Shown piece by piece: positions 50,990-64,000 of a stretch of 64,000 bases of DNA. The DNA is from an uncultured Actinomycetota bacterium (lineage in GTDB: Bacteria; Actinomycetota; Actinomycetes; JACCUZ01), in assembly GCA_963829565.1 (NCBI GenBank), contig CAWHJC010000017.1, forward strand, positions 28,797 to 92,796, read 5' to 3'. The notes under the pieces are model-generated. The model did not search any database, was not told the origin of the DNA, and saw only the letters and a list, made by a program, of their open reading frames with translations. The translations under genes and the position numbers were made by a program. The stretch's first letter is position 1, and the number at the start of each line of letters is the position of its first letter.

Positions 50990-51979
50990 GTGAGCACGGG
51001 GGGCGACAAGGGCGCGGGGGACGACTGCGACCTTGTTCTCGACGAGAATTTCGTCAACGCTGGGCGCACTGAGGCCTCGGCTGTCGAGCGGGCGGCCCGC
51101 GCCGCCCGCATCGAGGCGAACCATCGTCAGGCCGCGGCATGGCGAGCCGCGGAACGACAGCCGGCGAAGGGACATCTCAAAGCCAATCTCATCGTGGCCG
51201 TGGTTGTCGTCCTGGTACTCGGATGGACGGCCTTCAGTTACTTCGGACCGGCCTTGCCTGGTGGTGGAACCGTCGAGGACGCCGCAACCGAACCCGTGTC
51301 GACGCCGCCGGCGGCTCCCTCGGTCTTCAGCGCGGCCAAGCCGCTCGGCACGCCTCCGCCGGTCCCCGCCGGAACCGGCGACGTCCGCTTCATGGCCATG
51401 CAGGACGACAACAGCGGCAACCCAGTCGCATTCGACCCGTGCCGCGAGATGCATTACGTCATCCGTCCCCAGCCGGGGCCGCCAGGCGCGAGACTCCTGC
51501 TGTCCGAGGGCCTGGCCGAACTTTCGCGAGCAACAGGGCTGGTGCTGGTCTCGGACGGGATCACCGACGAGGCACCCAGTGACGAGCGGCCGACGGAGCT
51601 GCCGCGCTATGGCCCCGGATACGCTCCCGTGCTTATCGCGTGGTCGAACGAGGAGGAGAGCCCCGACCTGGCCGGCTATATCGCCGGGTTTTCGGGCGGA
51701 CAAGGTGTGACCAGCACGGTCCCGGGGTCACGCCGTTACGTGAGCGGGCAGATGGTCCTCGACTCGACCGACTTCCGGCGGATCCTCGAGCGGCCCGGTG
51801 GGAGGGCCGTGGCCCGCGCGATCATCCTGCACGAACTGGGCCATCTCGTCGGGCTGGCGCACGTGTCCGACCGATCCCAGATCATGTTCAGCGAGTCCAC
51901 ACCCAAGGTGACTGGCTACCAGCACGGGGACCTCACCGGACTCAGTCGCCTTGGACAAGGTCCCTGCTTCGTCAACTGA
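50990..51979 (+). CDS. Membrane-anchored metzincin-like zinc metalloprotease (HExxHxxGxxH)
   Basis: Intact 329-aa ORF: TM helix (LIVAVVVVLVLGWTAF), C-terminal ...AIILHELGHLVGLAHVSDRSQIMF (metzincin consensus plus Met-turn-like M). Confidence 0.65.
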   Translation: MSTGGDKGAGDDCDLVLDENFVNAGRTEASAVERAARAARIEANHRQAAAWRAAERQPAKGHLKANLIVAVVVVLVLGWTAFSYFGPALPGGGTVEDAATEPVSTPPAAPSVFSAAKPLGTPPPVPAGTGDVRFMAMQDDNSGNPVAFDPCREMHYVIRPQPGPPGARLLLSEGLAELSRATGLVLVSDGITDEAPSDERPTELPRYGPGYAPVLIAWSNEEESPDLAGYIAGFSGGQGVTSTVPGSRRYVSGQMVLDSTDFRRILERPGGRAVARAIILHELGHLVGLAHVSDRSQIMFSESTPKVTGYQHGDLTGLSRLGQGPCFVN

Positions 51980-51986
51980 GCAGCGA

Positions 51987-53150
51987 TTAGCTCAGCGCTG
52001 AGCCAGCCACCCACGTTGCCCACGGCACGTTCCACACGCCACCGAGGCCGTTCCACGACTCGGTCGGCCTGCCAGTGCCACGGGTGACCACCGGGTCGCC
52101 CTCCTTGACGCGGTCGTAGACCCAGTGCGCGGCGGACAAGGTGAGGTTGGTGCAGCCATGCGAGTAGTTCATGGTGCCGACGTACGGGTTCCACGGTGCA
52201 CCGTGCAGGAACTCCCCGGAGCTGGTGAGCCGCATGGCGTACGGCACGTCAAGGTCGTAGGCCTCCGAGCCGGTGATGCCGACCGTCGTGGAGCGCATCC
52301 GGTAGCTCTCGTGGGTGTCCATGATCACCTTGACGCCGGACCTGGTGGGGAACCCGGACTTGCCCAGCGAGACCCCGAAGGTGCGGATCCGCTCACCGTC
52401 CCGGGCGACGGTCATCCGGTGCTTGGCGTTCGACACCCGCATCACGAAGGCGCGCCCGATGCGGAACTCGCCGCCGGTGTCGCGCATGCCCCACACGCCC
52501 GGTGCCGCACGGACCTTGCGCAGGTCGGCGGTCACGGACACGGTGGTGTGCGCCGGCCAGAACGTCTTCGGCCGGAACTGCACGGTCCGCGACGAGGTCC
52601 ACGACCACGAAGCCGGGCCGATGTCGCGCCTCGTGGTGGCGCGCAGCGCCGCCTCGACCGCGGCCCGGCGGCGGACCGAGTGGTTGAACGTCACGACGAG
52701 CGGCCGGCCGACGCCGACGGTGCGCCCGTTCGGGCGAGATGGTGGCGCGCAGCACCTGCTCGGGCGCGCCGGTGCGCAGCGTGGTGTGCAGCGTCGCCGG
52801 CTGGCCGTCCGGGCCTACCGCCGTCGCGTCGAGCACGTAGGTGGAGCGGGGCACCAGGATTCCGGTGCTCACCCAGCGGGCCGCGGTGAGCTCGCCGCGG
52901 ACCTTGCGCCCGTCCACTTCGCCGTGAGGGTGGCCGACGTGAGGGTGCCGCCGGTGACCGTGACGCGGACCGGCTTGTCCAGCGACCACGCGGTGGCGCC
53001 GGCGGCCCCGCTCGCGATCAGCGGCGGCGGAGCCGCGGACGTGGTGGTCGAGGCGCCGTCCGCGGCCTGGACCTGGGGCACGGTGGCGCCGGCGAGGGCC
53101 AGCAGGAGCAGCGGCGCGACCAGCACCGTCAGGGGTCGTCGAGCGAGCAC
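51987..53150 (-). CDS. L,D-transpeptidase (YkuD domain) with signal peptide; frameshifted
   Basis: N-terminus MLARRPLTVLVAPLLLLALAGATVPQVQA (ORF 52869..53150), middle fragments in ORF 52393..53280, catalytic ...NYSHGCTNLTLSAAHWVY (ORF 51987..52694). Confidence 0.7.
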
Positions 53151-53318
53151 AGTGGGTGACTCCGGGTTCGCGGGCGATCAGTGGACAGGCGGTGCCGGGA
53201 AGGCCGCCGGGAGCGGCGCGCCGCGGCCATTGTGCCCTGGAAATGTCACAGACCCGCAATCTGCAGGCCGATCGGACCATACGGCCGGCGCCGGTACGGT
53301 CAGCCCGGAAGGAGGACC

Positions 53319-56300
53319 GTGCTCATCACTCATCGGGCCCTCCACGGGGACGAGCTCGCCCGTGGGCTGGCCGACGTGCTCGCCTCGCCCCCGGCCGACC
53401 CTTTCGCGGCCGAGGTGGTCGCGGTGCCGGCCAAGGGCGTCGAGCGCTGGATCGCGCAGCGGCTGTCGCACGTCCTCGGTACGTCGGCAGGTGACGGCGT
53501 CTGCGCCAACGTCAGCTTCCCGTGGCCGAGCACCCTGGTCGATGAGGCGCTCGCGGCCTCCTCGGCCGAGCACGCCGAGGCCGTCAGCGTTGGGCGCCCA
53601 GCGCGGTCGGTGTGGCCGCTGCTCGAGCGTCATCGACGCGTCGATCCCGTCGGAGCCGTGGTGCCGGTCGCTCGCGCAGCACCTCGGCATCGGCGCGCGA
53701 AGACAAGGGACGTCGGCTCGCAGTCGCACGGCGGCTGGCCACAATGTTCGACGAGTACGGACTGTCGCGACCGGAGATGCTGCGTGCCTGGGCGGCCGGT
53801 CGCGACGAGCGAGGCGACGGCACCCCGCTCGACGACGACCTCGCCTGGCAGGCCGAGCTGTGGCGCCGACTGCGCAGCCACCCTCGGCACCCCGAGCCCG
53901 GCCGAGCTGCTCGAGGACGCCTGCCAGCAACTCCGAGACCAGCCGCAGCTCAGCAACCTCCCCGACCGCATCTCGGTGTTCGGCGCCAGCCGGCTCTCCC
54001 CCGCGCGCCTCCAGGTCCTCGCCGCCCTCGCCGAGCACCGCGACGTGCACCTGTGGCTGCACCACTCCTCGCCCGCCCTCTGGGACACCGTCGCGCAAGG
54101 CGACGCCCGCCCTGCGCCGCAAGGACGACACCACCCGCAGCCGGCTGACCAACCCGCTGCTCACCAGCCTCTCCCGCGACGTCCTCGAGCTGCAGCAGCT
54201 GATCGCCCGCTGCGCCCCGGGCAGCCAGACCGTCCTGCACGACGTCAGCCGAGCTCCCCGACACCCTGCTCGGCCGGCTCAAGCAGGACCTCGCCGACGA
54301 CCGAGTCCACACGAGCCCGCCACAGCTGGCCGACAACGACCGCAGCGTCCAGGTGCACGCCTGCCACGGCCGCACCCGGCAGGTCGAGGTGCTCCGCGAG
54401 GTGATCGTCGGCCTGCTCGCCGACGACCCCACCCTCGAGCCGCGCGACGTGCTCGTCATGTGCCCGGACGTCGAGACGTTCGCCCCGATCATCGCGGCCA
54501 CCTTCGCGATCGGCGGCGAGGACGACGCCGCCCACCCAGCAGCCAAGCTGCGCGTCCGCCTCGCCGACCGCGCGCTGCGGCAGACCAATGCCCTGCTCGC
54601 CGTGCTGTCCCAGCTGCTCGAGCTCGGCACCGCCCGGCTCACCGCCAGCCAGGTGCTCGACCTCGCCGGCACGCCGGCCGTCCGGCAGCGGTTCGGGTTC
54701 GACGACGACGAGCTCGAGCGGCTGCGCGACTGGACGGTCGGCGCCGGCGTCCGCTGGGGACTCGACAACGAACCACCGCGCCACCTGGGCGCTCGGCGAC
54801 GTCGAGCAGGGCAGCTGGCGCGACGGGCTCGACCGGCTGCTGCTCGGCGCCGCCATGGAAGGTGCGCTCGACAGCTGGGGCGACGTCGTACCCCTCGACG
54901 ACGTCGACAGCTCGGACATCGACCTGGCCGGCCGGCTCGCCGAGCTGGTCGACCGGCTCGCCGCCGCGCAACAGCTCATGGCGACACGGCACACCGCGCA
55001 GGACTGGATGGCCGGGCTGGAAGACGCGGTCAGCGGGCTGGCCGCTACGACGTACGACACCGCCTGGCAGAGCTGCAGCTGCGCGGCGAGCTCGGCGACG
55101 ATCGCGGAGGCCGCCGAGGGCAGCACCGCGCTGCTCGGCCTCGCCGACGTCCGCGCCCTCCTCACGAGCAGCCTGGCCGGCCGGCCCACCCGGGCCAGCT
55201 TCCGCACCGGCACCCTCACCGTCTGCACCCTGGTGCCGATGCGCTCCGTGCCGCACCGCGTCGTGTGCCTGCTCGGTCTCGACGACGGCGTCTTCCCCCG
55301 GCAGAGCAGCCACGACGGCGACGATGTGCTGGCCCGCGACCCCTGGGTCGGCGAGCGCGACCCGCGCAGCGAGGACCGCCAGCTGCTGCTCGACGCGATC
55401 TGCGCGGCCGAGGACCACCTGGTCATCACCTACACCGGCGCCGACGAACGCACCGGCGCACCCGTGCCGCCGGCCGTCCCCCTCGGCGAGCTGCTCGACG
55501 CCCTCGACCGCACCGCCACCGCGCCGGACGGCAGCCGGGTCCGCGACGCCGTCACCACCCACCACGCGCTGCAGCCCTTCGACCCGCGCAACTTCGAGCC
55601 CGGGTCGCAGGGGCGCTCGTTCAGCTTCGACCCCTTGTCGTACGCCGGGGCGCTTGCCGCGGCAGCACCGCGGGTCGAGCCGGCCGCGATCGTCACCGCC
55701 CCGCTCCCGTCGCAGCCAGCCGCTGACGTCGACCTCGGCGAGCTGCGCCGGCTGCTCACCCATCCGGCCCGCGGCTTCCTCCGCCAGCGGCTCGGCGTCG
55801 CCGAGACGCGCGGCGAGGACGAGCCGGCCGACGCGCTGCCGGTCGAGCTGGACGCCCTCGAGCAATGGGCTGTCGGCGAGCGGGTGCTGCACGAGCGGCT
55901 CGCCGGTCTCGATCCCGCCGACTGCCTCGCCCTCGAGCAGCACCGCGGCAGCCTGCCGCCCGGCCCGCTCGGTGTCGCCCACCTGCTCGACATCGGGCCG
56001 AAGGTGGAGAACCTGCTGCTGGCCTCGACCTTCGAGCGCGAGCACCAGCCCGAGTCGCACGACGTCGACGTCCGGCTCGCCGACGGCACCCGGCTCACCG
56101 GCACCGTCGGCGGCGTCCGCGGTGACGTGCTGCTCTCGCTGACCTACTCGCGGCTGGCCGCCCGGCACCGGCTGCTGGCCTGGATCGACCTGGTCGCGCT
56201 GACCGTCGCCCACCCGGACCGCGGGTGGAGCGCAGTCGCCGTCGGCCGAGGCCGCGGCAAGGGCGCCCAGCGCAGCGTCTTCGACCCACTGCCCCCCAAC

Positions 56301-56663
56301 GACGCAGCCGCCGCGCTCGAGGAGCTGGTCGCGCTCTACCGCGCCGGGCTGCGGTCGCCGCTGCCGCTGCCGGTCAAGACCGCCGCCGCCTACGCCGGCC
56401 GCCGCAGCCACTCCGACGCACCGACCGCCCGGGAGGGCGCCGCCCGGGAGTGGGTCAGCGAGCGGCTACCCCGGCGAGCAGGAGGACGCCGAGCACGTCC
56501 TGCTCTACGGCGAGCAGGCGCCGCTGTCGGTGCTCACCACCCAGCGCCCCGAGGACGGCGAGGGCGGACCCGGCTGGCACCGCGACGAGACCGACCGGTT
56601 CGGTCTGCTCGCCCGCCGGCTCTGGGGCCGGCTGCTCGACGCCGAGACGCAAGTGCAGACCTG
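53319..56663 (+). CDS. recC: Exodeoxyribonuclease V gamma subunit RecC (multiple frameshifts)
   Basis: GGAAGGAGG RBS then GTG; VLITHRALHGDELARGLADVLASPPADPFAAEVVAVPAKGVERWIAQRLSHVLG (RecC N-terminus). Fragments across ORFs 53181..54404, 54353..55726, 54588..56765, 52315..56142. Ends ...LWGRLLDAETQVQT*. Confidence 0.8.
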
Positions 56664-56682
56664 ACCACACTGAACCGTCGAG

Positions 56683-57660
56683 CTACAAGGTCAGGGCGAC
56701 GCTTCCGTAGATGTCGATCGACGAGTCCGCCGGCCAGCCGGTCGAGTACGAATGGACGTAGATGACCGCGGCATCACCCGCGTGCAGGTGTACGGCCTGC
56801 TGCTCCGGCCACGAGCAGTCGTTCGACGTCGGGCCGTTCCCATCGACAGCGAAGATGCACCCGGCGGCCGGGACGAGCAGCGCTGTTCCACCCGAGGACA
56901 CCAGCAGCGTCAGCTCCACGATGAGGGGGTGACCGGCGAGATCCGTGGTGCTCCCGAAGTGCGCATACATGTTGGTGATCGTCTCGTCGTGGGCGATCAC
57001 CTGCTCCACGCTCGTGTGTGCGGCCTCGACAACCTCGGCGTCGATGTCAAGTCTCGGAGCGACCGCCTGCGTACCCAGGTAGCCGGACAACGGCAGGTAG
57101 GCGTCCGTGTCCGGATAGGGGTTGAGCGCGTGCAACGTGAACACGCCGCTCGACACCAGGCCTCCGGGACCGGCCGGGCCGGTCTCGCCGTCCTCGCCGT
57201 CCGCGCCGGCCAAGCCATCCGCCCCAGCGGCGCCGTCCGCGCCGTCCGCGCCGTTCGTCCCATCGGCACCAGCGGGGCCGGTCAGCCCGGGTGAAGCGTC
57301 CGCACCACGCGCCCCGGTGACTCCTGAAGGACCCGGGGCGCCGACAGCGCCGATGGCCCCAGTCGTTCCCGGGGCGCCTGCTGCCCCGGCGCGTCCCCTC
57401 CGGCCCTTGGCGTTCCAGGTCACGCGAACCGATCCCGCCGGGCAGGCCTTGCGCCACTCCGGACTCCTGACGACGTTGAACACCACGCGGTCACCAGAGG
57501 TGACGAGACATCCGGAGAACTCGACGCGCGACGCCACCCGTGTGGGACCCGGCGTCGAACTGAATGCAGGAGCCAGTCCCACACCGCCGATGAGCAGTGC
57601 TGCGATACCGACGGCTGCCACAGCCCGTCGATGGTTCAACCACTTCAGCCGAGAGATCAC
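56683..57660 (-). CDS. Secreted collagen-like protein: signal peptide + ~31 Gly-X-Y triplets + C-terminal globular domain
   Basis: Intact 325-aa ORF: MISRLKWLNHRRAVAAVGIAALLIGGVGLAPAFS signal peptide ...GRAGAAGAPGTTGAIGAVGAPGPSGVTGARGADASPGLTGPAGADGTNGADGADGAAGADGLAGADGEDGETGPAGPGG then a 160-aa Cys-containing C-terminal domain. The plus-strand antisense ORFs are compositional junk. Confidence 0.75.
   Translation of the reverse strand: MISRLKWLNHRRAVAAVGIAALLIGGVGLAPAFSSTPGPTRVASRVEFSGCLVTSGDRVVFNVVRSPEWRKACPAGSVRVTWNAKGRRGRAGAAGAPGTTGAIGAVGAPGPSGVTGARGADASPGLTGPAGADGTNGADGADGAAGADGLAGADGEDGETGPAGPGGLVSSGVFTLHALNPYPDTDAYLPLSGYLGTQAVAPRLDIDAEVVEAAHTSVEQVIAHDETITNMYAHFGSTTDLAGHPLIVELTLLVSSGGTALLVPAAGCIFAVDGNGPTSNDCSWPEQQAVHLHAGDAAVIYVHSYSTGWPADSSIDIYGSVALTL
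57181..57402 (-). repeat. Collagen-like GXY triplet-repeat tract (coding)
   Basis: Strict 3-nt periodicity with Gly at every third codon within the 56683..57660 CDS. Confidence 0.7.
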
Positions 57661-57792
57661 TGGGGTACCCCTGAATCACGATGTGCGCGGGCCGGCCGAA
57701 GGCGGATGTCGGCGGAGGCCACCGACACCCTCCTATCGGCACCGAGCAGAGGAACAATGAGGCGCCACGCCACAATGTGGGCAGCGCGACAG

Positions 57793-61130
<3,338 letters not shown>

Positions 61131-61134
<4 letters not shown>

Positions 61135-62922
61135 CGCGACCCACGACGCATCACTCGCGCTGCGGCGCGACGGGCTGCTCGCGGCGTTCAACCGGGCCGG
61201 GATCCTGTCGGCCGCCGACGTGCACGTGGCGCGCCGGCTCGGGGCGATCGGCGGCGAGACCGACGACGCGGTGCTGCTCGCGGCCGCGCTGGTGGTGCGG
61301 TCGACCCGGCACGGCTCGGTGGTGCTCGACCTCGCCACCGCGGAGGAGACCACCAGCCCGGACGTCGACGACGAGGCCGAGGGCCCGGTGGTCGACGTGG
61401 CGCTGGACTGGCCGGACGACTGGGTCGCGCGGTGCGCCGCCAGCCCGCTGGTCGGTGGACCGCTGCGGATGGCCGGCACGCGCGTCTGGCTGGCGAGGTA
61501 CTGGGACCAGGAGGAGCAGGTCGCGGGTGAGCTGCTGGGGCGGTCGGCGACCCGGCCCGGCCGACCTCGACGAGGCTGTCCTGACCGCCGGGCTGGACCG
61601 GTTGTTCGACGCAGGCGTCGACGACGACCAGCGGCTGGCGGCCGACGAGCTGCGCACTGTCGCGGGTGAGCGTGCTCGCCGGTGGACCCGGCACCGGCAA
61701 GACCACCACGGTGAGCCGGCTGCTGGCGCTGCTGCGCGAGCAGCACCCGGACTGGCGCATCGCGCTGGCCGCACCGACCGGCAAGGCCGCGGCCCGGCTG
61801 GAGGAGGCGGTGCGCACGTCGACGGCCACGTTGACGCCGGCGGACCGAGCGCGGCTCGGCGACCTGCCCGCGACGACGCTGCACCGGCTGCTCGGCTGGC
61901 GCCCCGAGGCGCGCAGCCGGTTCCGGCACGACCGCACCAACCGGCTGCCGGTCGAGGTGGTGGTGGTCGACGAGGCGTCGATGGTGTCGCTGACGATGAT
62001 GGCGCGGCTGCTCGAGGCACTGCGGCCATCCACCCGGCTGGTGCTGGTCGGCGACCCCGACCAGCTCGCGTCGGTCGAGGCGGGCGCCGTCCTGGGCGAC
62101 CTGGTCGACGCGCAGTCCGGCGTCGCCGTCGCGGCCCTGTCGACCAACCGGCGGTTCCCGGCGACCAGCGGCATCGCGCTGCTCGCCGCAGCCGTGCAGG
62201 ACGGTCGCGGTGACGACGCGCTCGACGTGCTGCGGTCGGCGGACACCCCCGAGGTGGAGCTGGTCGAGGTCGCCGACGACGCGCCGCTCACGGCCGACCA
62301 GCTCGACGGCGTACGCGCCGACCTCGTCGTCAGCGGCACCGCGCTGCTCGAGGCGGCCGAGCGCGGTGACCGGGTCGCCGCCCTCGAGGCGCTGGACCGG
62401 CACCGGCTGCTCTGCGCTCACCGCCGCGGACCGCGCGGCGTGCAGCACTGGGGCGCGCTCGCGGCGCGGTGGATCGCCGACGAGCGACCGGTGGTCCCAC
62501 GGGCGGACGGGAGGTACGCCGGCGAGCCGCTGCTGGTCACGGCGAACGACTACGAGATCGGGCTGTACAACGGCGACACCGGCGTCGTGGTCGACGACGG
62601 CGAGGGCGGGCTCGTGGCGGTGTTCGGCCGCGGCGGCACGCCGATCCCGGTGTCGCTGGTGCGGCTCGGCGCCGTGCGGCCGCTGCACGCGATGACCGTG
62701 CACCGCAGCCAGGGCAGCCAGTTCGCGCGGATCTCCGTGCTGCTCCCGCCCGCCGGGTCGCCGCTGGGCACCCGCGAGACGCTCTACACCGCGGTGACCC
62801 GGGCGACCGACCACGTCCGGGTGGTCGGGTCGCCCGAGGCTCTCGTCGAGGCGGTCGGCCGCCCCGCAGCCCGCGCGACCGGTCTCCGGGACCGGCTCAG
62901 CCGTGCGCGACCTGCACGGTGA
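61131..62922 (+). CDS. recD: Exodeoxyribonuclease V alpha subunit RecD (two frameshifts)
   Basis: GTG overlapping the recB stop (GTGA). ...VSVLAGGPGTGKTTTVSRLLALL... (Walker A), ...VVVDEASMVS..., ...MTVHRSQGSQF... (motif V). ORFs 60542..61669, 61455..62213, 61666..62922. Confidence 0.8.
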
Positions 62923-63460
62923 CCTTCGTGCCGTGGGTGAGCACGTCGTAGACCGCGGACCGCGCCTGCGACTGCCGGACGAGGGACTCGAGCACCTCGG
63001 CGTCGGCGTCGCCGTCGACCTCGAAGGTGACCCGGATGTCGTCGAAGCCGTTGCGGACACCCGTGTCGATGCCGAGGATGCCGCGCAGGTCGACGTCGCC
63101 CTCGACCCGGCAGCGCACGCCGTGCAGCTCGACGCCACGGGCCGAGGCGATGTTGCCCAGCCCTGCCATCAGGCAGGACGCCAGCGCGTTGAGCAGCAGC
63201 TCGGCCGGCGTCGGGCCCTGGTCGGTGCCGACGAGCACGGCCGGGTGGTCGGCGTCGATCACCGTGGTCGTCGCGTGCTGGTGCTCCTGGCCGGCGCCGA
63301 AGAAGCCGGGGAAGGTGCCGCGGGAGTGGACGCCGGAGACCCACTCGCTGCTGGTGCGGAACTGGAACTTGGCCGCCTCGGGCTGCTGGCGGACCGCGTC
63401 GATGGTGGCGAAGAGCGTCGCGGTGTCGACGCCGTTGAGGTGCGTTGCGGTGATGGACAT
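62897..63460 (-). CDS. OsmC/Ohr-family peroxiredoxin
   Basis: Intact 187-aa ORF; ...GTDQGPTPAELLLNALASCLMAG... is the OsmC signature. Confidence 0.75.
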   Translation of the reverse strand: MSITATHLNGVDTATLFATIDAVRQQPEAAKFQFRTSSEWVSGVHSRGTFPGFFGAGQEHQHATTTVIDADHPAVLVGTDQGPTPAELLLNALASCLMAGLGNIASARGVELHGVRCRVEGDVDLRGILGIDTGVRNGFDDIRVTFEVDGDADAEVLESLVRQSQARSAVYDVLTHGTKVTVQVAHG

Positions 63461-63505
63461 GGTGGTGGTGCCTTTCTGTTGGTGGTGATGGGTGGTGGTG
63501 GGTGG

Positions 63506-64000
63506 TCAGCAGACGGGTACGGCGAAGGCCGGGGCGGGGCGGGCGGCGAGCTGGCTGGCCTCGACGTCGAGGGCGCGGCTGAGCTCGGCCTGCAGCTCGG
63601 CGAACCGCGCCGGCGCGGGGAAGCGGGCCATGGCGAGGGTCAGCCGGAACGTCTCGCGGACGGCCGCGTCGCGCTGGCGCTGGTACGCCGACAGGGCAGC
63701 GGCCTCGTCGTCCGGGTGCCGCAGCGCCAGGTCGGCCGCCTCGGCCAGCAGCTCGGCGTCGCGGAACGCGTCGGTCAGCCCGTGGCCGGTGATCGGGTCG
63801 CGGTGGTAGCCCGCGTCGCCCACCAGGGCCCAGCCCGGCCCGGCGGCCTGGCGCAGGTGGTTCGGCAGGCCGACCGAGCCCCGGACCGGCGCGGTGACGA
63901 CTCCCGGGCGGACCCGGTCGGCGAGGTCGGGCGCCGCGGCTGCCAGCGCCTGCAGCCAGGCGTCCGTGCGGTCGGCGCCGGCCTCGAGCACGGGTGCGAG
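63506..64000 (-). CDS. FAD-dependent oxidoreductase / monooxygenase (geranylgeranyl-reductase-like), C-terminal part; N-terminus beyond window end
   Basis: ORF 63506..63991 ...LVGDAGYHRDPITGHGLTDAFRDAELLAEA... is the C-terminal FAD-binding motif of flavin monooxygenases. The ORF runs off the 3' edge. Confidence 0.55.
   Translation of the reverse strand, partial: LAPVLEAGADRTDAWLQALAAAAPDLADRVRPGVVTAPVRGSVGLPNHLRQAAGPGWALVGDAGYHRDPITGHGLTDAFRDAELLAEAADLALRHPDDEAAALSAYQRQRDAAVRETFRLTLAMARFPAPARFAELQAELSRALDVEASQLAARPAPAFAVPVC

Noticed and set aside
56752-57294. 180-aa plus-strand ORF opposite the collagen-like gene
   Set aside because: Its periodic Arg/Val composition mirrors the GXY repeat of the real minus-strand gene. 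No signal peptide or domain.

Overview
High-GC (~70%+) actinobacterial chromosomal segment, gene content reminiscent of Nocardioidaceae or other Actinomycetota; the genus cannot be told from sequence alone. The first ~25 kb is dominated by a phosphate and polyphosphate cluster: pstSCAB, a DUF559 cassette flanked by inverted repeats, pitA with DUF47, ppk1, a SixA-like phosphatase, an atypical OmpR-type regulator, ppk2, two CYTH-CHAD proteins bracketing a ParA-like ATPase, and a MutT1-like NUDIX-histidine phosphatase. The window also holds housekeeping and regulatory genes, including a PrsW protease, a class III aminotransferase, an LLM oxidoreductase, a hemerythrin, LysE, DUF2252, a LuxR-AAA regulator, a qNOR nitric-oxide reductase with cupin and cyclase partners, a giant HATPase-GAF-PP2C protein, two GGDEF-EAL proteins, a metallophosphoesterase, a tRNA-Glu/Asp/Phe cluster, a metzincin-like protease, an L,D-transpeptidase, recC-recB-recD and OsmC. 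Two loci stand out as accessory or novel. (i) At ~41.98-44.44 kb on the minus strand a small helical protein and an SseB-like protein sit upstream of, and are translationally coupled to, a gene whose N-terminus carries a WXG-containing 'putative T7SS-secreted protein' signal domain. A variable C-terminal domain and a 113-aa ORF follow, an arrangement typical of a type VII-associated polymorphic toxin-immunity cassette. (ii) A signal-peptide-bearing collagen-like (Gly-X-Y)n protein gene lies antisense between recC and recB. About 25 genes in the window carry single-base frameshifts relative to their obvious reading frames (pstSCAB, pitA, norB, recBCD and others). This looks more like assembly-level indel error than real pseudogenisation, so gene coordinates span several ORF-track fragments. 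No CRISPR array was found.
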